A stretch of DNA of 64,000 bases from an uncultured Bacilli bacterium. GTDB taxonomy: Bacteria > Bacillota_I > Bacilli_A > RFN20 > CAG-288. A program made the translations under genes and the position numbers. The notes beneath the pieces were generated by a model. The model was not told the origin of the DNA, made no database searches, and saw only the letters and a program-made list of their open reading frames with translations. Shown one piece after another: positions 46,801 to 56,132 of the stretch (within the stretch, counting starts at the first letter, position 1; each line of letters starts with the position of its first letter). The DNA lies in assembly GCA_944372245.1 (NCBI GenBank), contig CALVYN010000002.1, forward strand, positions 4,065-68,064, given 5' to 3'.

Positions 46801-47080
46801 TCTGGCCGCCGAGGGTGCCCAGGATCGCATCGGGGCGCTCGCGGTAGATGATGCGCTCCGCGCTCTCGGTATCCAGAGGCTCCATGTAGACCGCATCGGC
46901 GATCTTGGCGTCGGTCATGATGGTCGCAGGGTTGGGGTTGACCAGAACGACCTGATAGCCCTCCTCCCTCAGGGCCTGGCAGGCCTGGGTGCCGGCGTAG
47001 TCGAACTCGGCCGCCTGGCCGATGACGATCGGGCCGGACCCGATGACCATGATCTTCTTGATCTCGCTATTCTTAGGCAT
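43862..47080 (-). CDS. carB: Carbamoyl-phosphate synthase large subunit
   Basis: 1072 aa, duplicated ATP-grasp domains, MGS-like C-terminus. Confidence 0.95.
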   Translation of the reverse strand: MPKNSEIKKIMVIGSGPIVIGQAAEFDYAGTQACQALREEGYQVVLVNPNPATIMTDAKIADAVYMEPLDTESAERIIYRERPDAILGTLGGQIGLNLTVALAKEGILDKYGVKVIGTDMDAIDKASDRERFKELMARLGEPVAPSEEVSTVEQALAAAQDIGYPVVVRPFYTLGGTGGGFAKDPEELRDIAESGLSVSPVHRCLVERSLTGWKEIEYEVMRDQRDNAIVVCAMENVDPVGIHTGDSVVVAPLQTLTDRENQLLRDVSLRIIRALGICGGCNVQLALNPQSFEYCVIEVNPRVSRSSALASKATGYPIARISAKLAVGLNLDEIVNPVTGSTSADFEAAIDYVVTKFPRFPFDKFEDADRRLGTQMKATGETMALGRTLEESLNKAIRSLENKCDSLEDASLANLSIGQLLARMDEKDDRRLWVIAELFRRGYDETAVHERTGIDMFFLDAIENIVRMESELKNNPEDIQLLSKAKRMGFADSQIARLTHHSFDQVRHLERENGIVPAFKMVDTCAGEFTSLTPYFYATACGRNEIEPARGKKVLVIGSGPIRIGQGVEFDFATVHCVSALKELGYTAICINNNPETVSTDFTVADRLYFEPLDLESVLNVIEFEKPLGVVVQFGGQTAINLARALVERGIKILGTDMDGIDDAEDRARFEALMERMGMPRPEGDTAFTPEEAIAIAHRIGYPVIVRPSYVLGGRAMQVVRNDEQLRQYATTAVREITHDSPILIDQYIQGREVEIDAISDGQDVLIPGIMSQVERAGIHSGDSISIYPPLGLSKAVTDRIVEYATAIGRSMRIVGLFNIQFDVSHEGEVYILEVNPRSSRTVPFLSKVTDIPMCEIATRCMMGESLKDQGLTPGLAPVTPGWISVKCPVFSFSKLRSVDTTLSPEMKSTGESFGADETFAKALRKALMGMGVKVPFTGNVLFTVADEDKDEMLPIAQGFYNMGYGIYATPGTADFLRENGINVFYSSKVGDPKNQGYPDCLELLRSSKVTFVINTQPFQDRRASLDGFLIRRVAWENGVFCMTCLDTASALLEVLRDKSFIVRPLGERREA

Positions 47081-48164
47081 TCTCCCAACCCTCCTTGCCG
47101 CAGACCATGTCCAGGAAGCGGCCGAACAGATAGGACTCGTCGTGGGGGCCAGCCGCCGCCTCGGGGTGGAACTGGACCGCGAAGGCCCTCTTACCCCTCA
47201 GGCGGATGCCCTCGACGGAGCCGTCGTTGAGGTTGATGTGGGTGACCTCCAGGCCGGTGCCGGCCAGGCTCTGCTCGTCCACCGCGAAGTTGTGGTTCTG
47301 CGAGGTGATGTCGATGCGGCCGGTCGCCAGGTCTCTCACCGGCTGGTTGGCGCCGCGGTGACCGAACTTCAGCTTGTAGGTTCTAGCTCCCTGCGAGAGC
47401 GCCAGCAGCTGCTGGCCCATGCACACGCCCATGGTGGGCAAACCGGCCTCGATCAGCTGGGCGATGTTGGCGCTGACCTGGGGGATGGAGGCGGGATCGC
47501 CGGGACCGTTGGAGATGAATAGGCCCTCGGGGTGGGCGGCTAAAATCGTGGAGGCTGGGGTGTCATAGGGGTAGACGGTCAGGGCGAAGCCGCGCTTGGT
47601 CAGACACTCGATGATGGATAGCTTGCAGCCCATATCCAATAGAGCGATTCGCGGCCCATCGGACGGGATGGAATATACCCGCGGGGTGGAGACCCTCGCG
47701 ATCTGGTCGGTGGGATAGCGGTAGGCACGCAGGCGCGCCAGCTGGCTGTCCACGTCGATCTCCCCGTCGATGATCAGACCGCGCATCGTGCCCTTGGTGC
47801 GGATGAGGAGAGCGAGGGCTCTGGTGTCCACGCCTTCGATGCCGGGGATGCCGCTGGCTCTGAGCCAGTCGGAGAGGCCGATGTAGGAGCGCCAGTTGGA
47901 GGGGCGGGGGCAGCAGGAGGAGACGATCACGCCATCCAGGTGGATGCCCAGGCTCTCGCTGTCGCGGGCGTTGATGCCGTAGTTGCCGATCAGGGGATTG
48001 GTGAAGGCCACCGCCTGACCCTTGTATGAGGGGTCGGTGATGATCTCCTGATAGCCCGTCATCGCCGTGTTGAAGACGACCTCGGTCAGGACGTCGGCCC
48101 TCTCCGAGCCGATGGCCTCGCCGACGAACAGCGAGCCATCCTCAAGCAGCAGATTTCTCTTCAT
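47073..48164 (-). CDS. carA: Carbamoyl-phosphate synthase small (glutaminase) subunit
   Basis: GATase1 catalytic Cys motif GVCMGQQ, His/Glu near C-terminus. Confidence 0.9.
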   Translation of the reverse strand: MKRNLLLEDGSLFVGEAIGSERADVLTEVVFNTAMTGYQEIITDPSYKGQAVAFTNPLIGNYGINARDSESLGIHLDGVIVSSCCPRPSNWRSYIGLSDWLRASGIPGIEGVDTRALALLIRTKGTMRGLIIDGEIDVDSQLARLRAYRYPTDQIARVSTPRVYSIPSDGPRIALLDMGCKLSIIECLTKRGFALTVYPYDTPASTILAAHPEGLFISNGPGDPASIPQVSANIAQLIEAGLPTMGVCMGQQLLALSQGARTYKLKFGHRGANQPVRDLATGRIDITSQNHNFAVDEQSLAGTGLEVTHINLNDGSVEGIRLRGKRAFAVQFHPEAAAGPHDESYLFGRFLDMVCGKEGWENA

Positions 48165-49444
48165 CCTCTCCTCCTCTCGTAGACGGTCCGGCCGCGGCTG
48201 ATGGTCTGTGTGCAGCTGAGGCTCACCGTCTCCCCCGCGTAGGGGGTGTTGCGACCCTTCGACTCGAACCTCTCGGGGTCGATGGTGAACGACCCCCGTT
48301 CGAAGATGGCCAGGTCGGCGGGACAGCCCGGCTCGAGCCGGCCGATCCGCCCCAGGTTGAACCTCTCCGCCGGCTTAGACGACATCAGCTCGATCAGCTG
48401 GTTCAGGCTCAGCCGCTTCTCCCTCTCGACCAGCCGGGTGTAGAGAATGGGGAACGAGGTCTCGGAGGAGACGATGCCGTTAGGCGCCTCGGGCAGGGGC
48501 TTAGCCTTCTCCTGGACCGTGTGGGGCGCGTGGTCGGAGGCGATGAAGTCGATGGTGCCATCCAGCAGGGCGGCGATGACCGCCTGGCGGTCGGCCTCGG
48601 ACTTCAGCGGCGGGTTCATCTTGTCGTTGCTATCCTTGAAGTCCCACTCCGTCAGGGTCAGGTGGTGGCAGGAAGCCTCGGCGGTGATCCTGGCTCCAGC
48701 CTTTTTAGCATCTCTTATATATTTGACTGAATCGGCGGCGGACACGTGGCAGATGTGGACTCGGGCGGGAATCCTCCTAGCCAGGTCGCAGACCATCTTT
48801 ACATAGGCGCTCTCATCCGCGTCGGGCACCTGGTCGGTGTAGCCCAGCTGCCTGGAGCGCTCGCCCTCGAACATGAAGGCGCCCGCCGGGCGCAGGCTCA
48901 GGAGCTCGCAGTGGAAGCAGAGGATCACATCCAGCTCGGCGGCCGCCCGGAGGGCTCGCTCCAGGATCCTCTCATCCTGGATGCCCCTCCCGCCGTCGTC
49001 GGAGAAGAGCCTTATGCCCCAGCGCTCCCTGAGGGCTCTGAAGTCGACCAGCTCCTCTCCCCTCTCCCCCTTGGTGATGCAGGCGTAGGGCAGGGCGGGG
49101 ATGACGGCTTCGTCCTTCAGGCGCTGAAGGTAGGGGCCGACGGTGTCCGCATCGTCGGGGAAGGGGTTGAGGTTGGGCATGGCGCAGACGGTGGTGAAAC
49201 CGCCCGCGGCCGCCGCTCTCGTGCCCGTGACGATCGTCTCCTTGGCGGTGAAGCCGGGGTCGCGCAGGTGGACGTGGACATCGACCAGACCGGGGACGAC
49301 CAGGCCGCCCCGGGCGTCGATGACCTCCGCCTCGGGAGCCTCGATGTGGGGCCCGACAGCCAGGATCTTCTCCTCAGAAAAAAGAACTTCCCCCCTATAT
49401 TGGTCACCGCGACCGGGGAGAAGTGCATTCACGATCTTTCTCAT
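48161..49444 (-). CDS. pyrC: Dihydroorotase
   Basis: Metal-binding DVHVHLRDPG motif, amidohydrolase fold. Confidence 0.9.
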   Translation of the reverse strand: MRKIVNALLPGRGDQYRGEVLFSEEKILAVGPHIEAPEAEVIDARGGLVVPGLVDVHVHLRDPGFTAKETIVTGTRAAAAGGFTTVCAMPNLNPFPDDADTVGPYLQRLKDEAVIPALPYACITKGERGEELVDFRALRERWGIRLFSDDGGRGIQDERILERALRAAAELDVILCFHCELLSLRPAGAFMFEGERSRQLGYTDQVPDADESAYVKMVCDLARRIPARVHICHVSAADSVKYIRDAKKAGARITAEASCHHLTLTEWDFKDSNDKMNPPLKSEADRQAVIAALLDGTIDFIASDHAPHTVQEKAKPLPEAPNGIVSSETSFPILYTRLVEREKRLSLNQLIELMSSKPAERFNLGRIGRLEPGCPADLAIFERGSFTIDPERFESKGRNTPYAGETVSLSCTQTISRGRTVYERRRG

Positions 49445-49448
49445 GGAA

Positions 49449-50345
49449 CTATTCCTCTCTGAACGGCAAAAGGTTGAAGGCTCGCTTGATCACGGCCTTC
49501 CGGACATACGTGCCATTCTCCATCTGCTTGAAGATGCGCGAGCGGGGGCACTCCACCAGCTCGCTGTCGATCTCCAGCCCGCGGTTGATGGGGGCGGGGT
49601 GCAGGATGATGCAGCCGGGCTTGAGCGACTGCGCTCTAGCGGCGGTCAGGCCATAGCGCTGGTGATACTCCTCGCGGGTGATCGACATCCCCTCTTTGAG
49701 CCTCTCGAATTGGATGCGCAGAGTCATGACGACATCCGCGCCCTCGATCGCCTCATCGACCGAAGTGAAGGGGAAACCCTCCCGGGCGAATTCCTCCGGG
49801 CCGGCGCAGACGACTCTCGCCCCGAGGGCGGTCAGGGCCTGATAGTCGGAGTTGGCTACGCGGGAGTGGGCGATGTCGCCGATGATGGCGACCTTGAGGC
49901 CCTCGAAGGTGGCAAACTCCTCCTGGATCGTCATCAGGTCCAGCAGGCACTGGGTTGGATGGCTGCCGGCGCCATCGCCGGCGTTGATGACGGGAATCCT
50001 CAGGTCGGCGATCTCGTCGTAGTAGCGCTCCTGGGGTGAGCGGATGACCAGCAGGTCGTAGCCGAGCGCTTGAAAGGTGAGGCAGGTGTCGCGGAAGCTC
50101 TCGCCCTTCTGGGTCGAGCCGGTCAGGGGCGTGTAGTCCTCCGCCTTCAAACCCAGGCCCAGCTCGGCGGCGGCAAAGGAGTAGTGGGTCCGGGTCGAGG
50201 GCTCAAAAAAAAGATTGGCGACGAGCCCCGGATGGGGTAGCTGCCAATCTCTTTTGGAAGCGGAAAAATCATGTGCATCCGACAGGATATCGAGGATGTC
50301 CTGCCGGGAGAGCTGACTGATGTCCAACAGTGATCTCTCGTTCAT
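49449..50345 (-). CDS. pyrB: Aspartate carbamoyltransferase catalytic subunit
   Basis: STRTR carbamoyl-phosphate motif (FFEPSTRTHYSF), HPTQ and LHPAP motifs; start at MNERSLL, ORF-track start is an upstream extension. Confidence 0.9.
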   Translation of the reverse strand: MNERSLLDISQLSRQDILDILSDAHDFSASKRDWQLPHPGLVANLFFEPSTRTHYSFAAAELGLGLKAEDYTPLTGSTQKGESFRDTCLTFQALGYDLLVIRSPQERYYDEIADLRIPVINAGDGAGSHPTQCLLDLMTIQEEFATFEGLKVAIIGDIAHSRVANSDYQALTALGARVVCAGPEEFAREGFPFTSVDEAIEGADVVMTLRIQFERLKEGMSITREEYHQRYGLTAARAQSLKPGCIILHPAPINRGLEIDSELVECPRSRIFKQMENGTYVRKAVIKRAFNLLPFREE

Positions 50346-50559
50346 TCCGCTCACCTTTCGGGCGGTGATAATAACACATTTCGACAGCTCGACAATTCTG
50401 TAAGCGTTATATCCGAGGGAGGATGTTGGGAAAGAATTTCTTTCACCTTTCACATCGTGGCTCACCTAGAGCCTCCTTCGGCGATCGGGCTCGAGTTCGG
50501 TTGTGGTTTTGCTGCCGTATCCATAGGTTTAATATTTAATTCGATAGGAGGTCCTGATC

Positions 50560-51675
50560 ATGGGTGTTGAACAGGAGAATAGGAAGAAGCTGGGCTTTGG
50601 TCTGATGCGCCTGCCCAAGAGGGATGGGGTGATCGACTATGAGCAGGTGAACGCGATGGTCGACGCCTTCTTAGCGGACGGCTACACCTACTTCGACACC
50701 GCCTATGTCTACGAGGGTTCGGAGGAGGCCTTCAGGCGCTGCATCGCCACCCGCCATCCTCGCGACTCCTACACCGTCGCCAACAAGCTGCCGGAGTGGA
50801 AGCTGTCCGAGACGGTTAGCTGTGACGACCTGCTCAACGAGTCGCTGCGCCGCTGCGGTCTGGACTACTTCGACTTCTACCTGATCCACTCCCTGGAGGA
50901 GGACCACATGGAGATGTGCGACCGCTGGGACTGCTTTTCCTTCATGAAGAGGGCCAAGGCCGACGGGCGCGTCCGCCACATCGGCTTCTCCTTCCACGGC
51001 ACCCCCGCCCTGCTGGAGAAGCTTCTCAGCGAGCATCCCGAGGTCGAGTTCGTCCAGCTCCAGATCAACTACCTGGACTGGGACGACCCCAAGATCGCCG
51101 CGGGCGAGTGCTATCGCATCGCCAGGGCCCACAACGTGCCCATCGTCGTGATGGAGCCGGTCAAGGGCGGCACTTTGGCCAACCTCACCCCCGAGCAGAA
51201 GCAGGTGTTCGACTCCTTCGAGGAGGCGGGCAGCCCCGCCTCGCTGGCCGTGCGCTACGCGGGCAACCTCCCCGGCGTCTTCACCGTCCTCTCGGGCATG
51301 TCCAACCTCGAGCAGGTGCAGGACAACCTGAAGACCTACGATGACCTCAAGCCCCTGACCGCGCGCGAGAGCGTGCTCCTGGGCCGCCTGGTCTCCCTCT
51401 TTAGGGGCACCCGCTCGATCGGCTGTACCGCCTGCCGCTACTGCACCGAGGGCTGCCCCATGGGCATCAGGATTCCCGACATCTTCGCCATCTACAACAG
51501 ATATCTCTACGACGGCGATCTGGCCGCAGCCAGACAGAGGTATGAGGCTCTGATCGACGAGGGCTCCAGCCGCGCTTCCGACTGCATCGCCTGCGGCCAG
51601 TGCGAGGGTGTCTGCCCCCAGCACCTGCCCATCATCGAACTCCTGCGCGAGGTGGCCGAGAAGATCGAGAGCTAG
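50560..51675 (+). CDS. Aldo/keto reductase family oxidoreductase with C-terminal 2x[4Fe-4S] ferredoxin-like domain
   Basis: AKR N-terminal YFDTAYVYEGSEE; C-terminal Cys clusters CTACRYCTEGCP and CIACGQCEGVCP. Confidence 0.8.
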   Translation: MGVEQENRKKLGFGLMRLPKRDGVIDYEQVNAMVDAFLADGYTYFDTAYVYEGSEEAFRRCIATRHPRDSYTVANKLPEWKLSETVSCDDLLNESLRRCGLDYFDFYLIHSLEEDHMEMCDRWDCFSFMKRAKADGRVRHIGFSFHGTPALLEKLLSEHPEVEFVQLQINYLDWDDPKIAAGECYRIARAHNVPIVVMEPVKGGTLANLTPEQKQVFDSFEEAGSPASLAVRYAGNLPGVFTVLSGMSNLEQVQDNLKTYDDLKPLTARESVLLGRLVSLFRGTRSIGCTACRYCTEGCPMGIRIPDIFAIYNRYLYDGDLAAARQRYEALIDEGSSRASDCIACGQCEGVCPQHLPIIELLREVAEKIES

Positions 51676-51822
51676 CTTATTAGCTGTTTCCCAGGTTTGG
51701 GCGCAGTGTGGATGAGCATCCTCATAGGAGGGAGCTCATCTTTATTTTTATCTCGCATAATCTTTGTGAAGATTAGTCTAGAATCTCTGCTGATTCGATC
51801 GCGAGGGAGGAACTCACGCACT

Positions 51823-53193
51823 ATGAATCACGATCAGAAAGATCAGGACGAGTCCGCACCGAGTCGAACGGACACGCCTGAAATTCAGCCCGGCGGGGAG
51901 GGTATTCCCCCTTCAGCAAAGGGCCCCAAGAGCCTGATGAGCCGCTTCAGGACGTGGTACTACAACCGTCACACCTTCGCCCTGGAGCCCGATGAGCCCC
52001 AGGAGCAGCCCAAGCGCAACGCTCGCTTCTTCAAGCGGGTCGGCGGCCGTCCGGTCCTGGGTCCGGTCAAGCTGAAGCTGGTCAGAGCCAGGCGCGGGGT
52101 GAAGGACTTCTTCCTGGACCATCCGCGGACCAACTTCTGCTCCGAGCAGCTCGTGCTCCTGGTGCTGGAGCTGGTCTCAGCCTTCATCTTCGCCTACGGC
52201 TTCCGCGCCTTCATCGCCCCCTCGCGCGTGCCCTGGAATGTCATCGAGGAGCAGGGTCTACAGTTGATCAAGGATAATCCGCTGTTTAACTTCGATCAGG
52301 CTCAATACGAGGCCCTGGACCTCGCGACGGCCGCCAGCCTGGTCAACCCCAGCCACCTGGTCTCGGGCGGCGCCTCGGGTATAGGTCAGGTCCTCACCAG
52401 GATCGTGCTGCTGTGCGGGGTGACGAGCATCCCGAGCCAGACCCTGCAATCCCTCTTCTACTTCGTCGTCAACCTGCCCATCATCATCCTGGGCTTCCTC
52501 AAGGTCGGCAAGAAGTTCACCTTCTACAGCCTGGTGAACGTCATCCTGACCTCGATCCTCATCGATGCAATCCCCCAGAGCTGGTGCGAGCTGATCAACA
52601 TCTACGACGACAACCTCGCCCGCGCCCTGGCCGGCGGTCTGACCACCGGCGTCTCCTCGGGCTTGGCCCTGAGGATCGGCACCTCGACCGGCGGCGTGGA
52701 TATCATCTCCCTGTACGTGGCTGAGAAGAAGGGCACGACGGTCGGCAAGTACTCCCTGATCATGAACACCTGCACCGTCATCACCTACACCGTGCTCTGC
52801 TTCTTCCACGCGCCGGCCGATGGCGGCGTGGACGCCTTCGAAAACGGCGCCACCCAGCTGACCATGTCGCTGTACACCATCATCTACTTCTTCACCCAGA
52901 CCATAATCGTTGACAGCCTGAACACGAAGAACAAGAAGACGGAGCTCCAGGTCTTCACCACATCCAAGGTGATGAACAGGGTCTTAGTCCACGGCTTCCC
53001 TCACGCCTGCACGATCCAGGAGGGCCGCGGAGGCTACTCCGGCGCTCCGCTCAACGTCATCTACATCGTCGTCTCGCACTCCGAGGTCAAGAAGGCCATC
53101 CGGATCATGCATCAGGTCGACCCCTCCTGCTTCATCTCGGTCCTCTCCACCAAGCAGGTCTACGGCAAGTTCTATACCAAACCCATCGATTGA
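51823..53193 (+). CDS. YitT-family membrane protein (DUF161 + C-terminal DUF2179)
   Basis: Polytopic TM core, C-terminal soluble domain NVIYIVVSHSEVKKAIRIMHQVDPSCFISV; long low-complexity N-terminus, start at MNHDQ. Confidence 0.6.
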   Translation: MNHDQKDQDESAPSRTDTPEIQPGGEGIPPSAKGPKSLMSRFRTWYYNRHTFALEPDEPQEQPKRNARFFKRVGGRPVLGPVKLKLVRARRGVKDFFLDHPRTNFCSEQLVLLVLELVSAFIFAYGFRAFIAPSRVPWNVIEEQGLQLIKDNPLFNFDQAQYEALDLATAASLVNPSHLVSGGASGIGQVLTRIVLLCGVTSIPSQTLQSLFYFVVNLPIIILGFLKVGKKFTFYSLVNVILTSILIDAIPQSWCELINIYDDNLARALAGGLTTGVSSGLALRIGTSTGGVDIISLYVAEKKGTTVGKYSLIMNTCTVITYTVLCFFHAPADGGVDAFENGATQLTMSLYTIIYFFTQTIIVDSLNTKNKKTELQVFTTSKVMNRVLVHGFPHACTIQEGRGGYSGAPLNVIYIVVSHSEVKKAIRIMHQVDPSCFISVLSTKQVYGKFYTKPID

Positions 53194-53273
53194 GCCCTCT
53201 AGATGGAGAGACAGGCGCTAAAATCTATTGAAGCGCCTGTTTTTTGTTGCGCTCGATTTTTGGAGGACATACC

Positions 53274-54947
53274 ATGGCCCACACCCTGCAAGAGCTCGCC
53301 GATCTGATCTTTCCCCAGGTGAGCGAGACCGTCGCCGACCTGGAGGCGCGCTATCCGCGCCGCCAGCTGCCCGAAGGGGCGATGGTGACCCGCTTCGCCC
53401 CCTCGCCCACCGGCTTTCTCCACACCGGCTCCCTCTTCACCGCCCTGGTGGCCTACACCGTGGCCAAGCGGACCGGCGGCGTGTACTTCTTCCGTCTGGA
53501 GGATACCGACCAGAAGCGCGAGGTGGCCGGCACCGGCGACCAGCTGGTCGACCAGCTGGCCTGGTTCGGCGTCGTCCAGGATGAGGGCTACATGGGCGCC
53601 GACCGCCCCGAGAAGGGCGCGTATGGCCCCTATGTCCAGTCCAAGCGCCAGGCCATCTACGACGTGGTGATCAAGCACCTGATCCTGGCCGGTCGCGCCT
53701 ATCCCTGCTTCTGCTCCAAGCATGATCTGGACGAGCTGCGCGCGGTCCAGGAGGCCAACAAGGTCGTGCCGGGATACTACGGCAGCTACGCCCGCTGCCG
53801 CAAGCTGAGCCTGACCGAGCAGCTGCGCCGCATCCGCGCCGGCGAGCCCTACGTCATCCGCTTCCGCTCCGAGGGAGACGTGAATCGAACCTTCGTGATT
53901 CGCGACCTCGTCCGCGGCGCCCTGACGCTGCCCGAGAACGATCAGGACATCGTCATCCGCAAGTCCGACGGCCTGCCCACCTATCATTTTGCCCACCTGG
54001 TCGATGATCATTTCATGGGAACCAACTGCGTGACCAGAGGTGAGGAGTGGCTTTCCTCCCTCCCCATCCACGCCGAGTTGTTCAAGGCCATGGGCTGGGA
54101 GGCGCCCCAGTACGCCCACCTGCCCGTGATCATGGTCAACGATGCCGAGACAGGCAACAAGCGCAAGCTGTCCAAGCGCAAGGACCGCGAGGCGGCCGTC
54201 TCCTACTTCATCGAGCAGGGCTACCCCAAGGAGGGCATCATCCGCTACCTCCTGACCATCGCCAACTCCAACTTCGAGGAGTGGATGCGGGCCAACCCCA
54301 GAGCCGACGTCTCCGAGTTCCCCTTCTCCTTCAGCAAGATGAGCCGCGACGGCGCCCTCTTCGACCTGCCCAAGCTCAACGACATCTCCCAGAACTATCT
54401 GGCCTACATGAGCGCTCGCGACATCGCCCGGGCGGCGAACGAGTGGGCGGTGCGTTTCTGCCCCGAGCTGGCGGCCTTCATCGCGGCCGATCCGGAGCGC
54501 TTCGAGGCCATCATGAACATCGAGAGGGACCAGCCCAAGCCCCGCAAGGACTACGTCAAGTACTCCGACATCTACCCCAAGGTCGCCTTCTTCGACCCCG
54601 CGGTCTACGACCGGGTCGAGAACCTGCCCTTCGACGAGAAGGTCAGCCCCGCCGACCGCAGAGCCATCCTGGAGGGCTTTGCCCAGGATATGGGTCTGGA
54701 GCGGACCGCGGACACCTGGTTCGGCCTGGTCAAGGACCTGGGCGCGCGCCTGGGCTTCGCTCCCTCGATGAAGGAGTACAAGGCTGACCCCTCCGCCTTC
54801 AAGGGCTTCTCGGGCGATGTGGCTTCGGTCATCCGCGTGGCGGTGACCGGCTCCCGCAACTCGCCCAGCCTCTATCACGTGCTGAAGATCCTCGGCGCGG
54901 ACGAGATCCGTCGCCGCGTGAACCGGGTGCTGGCCACCCTCAGGTAG
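53274..54947 (+). CDS. gltX: Glutamate--tRNA ligase (class I), long form (557 aa)
   Basis: HIGH-type motif SPTGFLHTGS, RLEDTD (GluRS-type rather than GlnRS DDTNP), KMSKS-type KLSKRK. Confidence 0.8.
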   Translation: MAHTLQELADLIFPQVSETVADLEARYPRRQLPEGAMVTRFAPSPTGFLHTGSLFTALVAYTVAKRTGGVYFFRLEDTDQKREVAGTGDQLVDQLAWFGVVQDEGYMGADRPEKGAYGPYVQSKRQAIYDVVIKHLILAGRAYPCFCSKHDLDELRAVQEANKVVPGYYGSYARCRKLSLTEQLRRIRAGEPYVIRFRSEGDVNRTFVIRDLVRGALTLPENDQDIVIRKSDGLPTYHFAHLVDDHFMGTNCVTRGEEWLSSLPIHAELFKAMGWEAPQYAHLPVIMVNDAETGNKRKLSKRKDREAAVSYFIEQGYPKEGIIRYLLTIANSNFEEWMRANPRADVSEFPFSFSKMSRDGALFDLPKLNDISQNYLAYMSARDIARAANEWAVRFCPELAAFIAADPERFEAIMNIERDQPKPRKDYVKYSDIYPKVAFFDPAVYDRVENLPFDEKVSPADRRAILEGFAQDMGLERTADTWFGLVKDLGARLGFAPSMKEYKADPSAFKGFSGDVASVIRVAVTGSRNSPSLYHVLKILGADEIRRRVNRVLATLR

Positions 54948-54950
54948 GCC

Positions 54951-56132
54951 ATGCGCATCGGGCTCTTCACCGACACCTATCTCCCCGACATCAACGGGGT
55001 CGCCACGGCCGTCGACACCCTCGCGCGCGAGCTGCGCCAGCTCGGGCACGAGGTCTTTGTCGTAACCACCAATCTGGCCGGGCACAGCCGCATCGAGCGG
55101 GAGGGCAACCTGATCAGGATTCCCGGAATCGTCCTGAAGAGCCTCTACTCCTACCGCGTCTCCTCGCCCATCTCGCCCCGCAACTTCGACGTGCTCAAGG
55201 ATGTGCCCCTGGACCTGATCCACATCCACACCGAGTATGGGATCGGCTACTTCGGGCGCATCCTGGCCTGGATCAGAGACATCCCCCTGGTGTACACCTA
55301 CCACAGCATGTACAAGGATTTCACCTACCTGATCTCCCACGGCAACAGGGTGGTCGATGCGGCGGTGGGCAAGTTCTTCTCCGTCTTCTCCCGCCGCTGG
55401 GCCGAGGCCCCGGCCGAATTCACCACCCCCTCGGAGAAGACCGCCAAAGCCCTCAGGTCCTACGGCATCGAGCGCTACATCTCGGTGATTCCTAACGGCG
55501 TGGATCTCTCGGAGTACGCTCCGACTCCGGAGATTATCGAGCAGGCAGAAAAGATTAAGAAAGGATTAGGCTTAGAAGGAAAGACAATCCTCTCCGTCGT
55601 CGGCAGAGTGGGGCAGGAGAAGGGCATCGATTTCCTTCTGGAGTGCCTCAGGCGCTACATCGATGAGACCGGTGATGAGAACGTCAGGATACTTATAGTT
55701 GGCGACGGTCCCTATCTGACCCAGGTCCACGAGAGGGTGAAGGATCTGTGGCTGGAGAACTATGCCGTCTTTGCTGGGCGGGTCCCCCACGACCACATCC
55801 CCGCCTACTACGCCCTCTCCACCGCCCTTCTGACCGGCTCCAAGTCGGAGACGCAGGGACTGACGGTCAACGAGGCCATGGCGGCTCGCTGCCCGGTCTT
55901 GGCGCGCCACGACGCCAGCTTCCAGGCGGTCGAGGACGGGGTGACCGGCTTCTTCTTCTCCGATGCCGACACCTTCACCTCGCGCCTGACCCGCCTGTTG
56001 CATATGGATGCGAAGGAGCGCGAGCGCATGCTCGATACCGCTCAGGAGCGCAACCGCGAGCGCTTCTCGCCCGCCCGTTTCGCTGAGGAGATGCTCAAGG
56101 TCTATGCCCGTGCAATCAGAAAATACTGGTAA
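54951..56132 (+). CDS. GT4-family glycosyltransferase (candidate glycolipid synthase)
   Basis: GT-B fold; N-terminus MRIGLFTDTYLPDINGVA, C-terminal E-x7-E region. Confidence 0.8.
   Translation: MRIGLFTDTYLPDINGVATAVDTLARELRQLGHEVFVVTTNLAGHSRIEREGNLIRIPGIVLKSLYSYRVSSPISPRNFDVLKDVPLDLIHIHTEYGIGYFGRILAWIRDIPLVYTYHSMYKDFTYLISHGNRVVDAAVGKFFSVFSRRWAEAPAEFTTPSEKTAKALRSYGIERYISVIPNGVDLSEYAPTPEIIEQAEKIKKGLGLEGKTILSVVGRVGQEKGIDFLLECLRRYIDETGDENVRILIVGDGPYLTQVHERVKDLWLENYAVFAGRVPHDHIPAYYALSTALLTGSKSETQGLTVNEAMAARCPVLARHDASFQAVEDGVTGFFFSDADTFTSRLTRLLHMDAKERERMLDTAQERNRERFSPARFAEEMLKVYARAIRKYW

Noticed and set aside
50560-51675. Aldo/keto reductase fused to a ferredoxin-like domain as a novel fusion
   Set aside because: This AKR plus C-terminal 2x[4Fe-4S] architecture is a known, widespread arrangement in anaerobes, so it is not novel.
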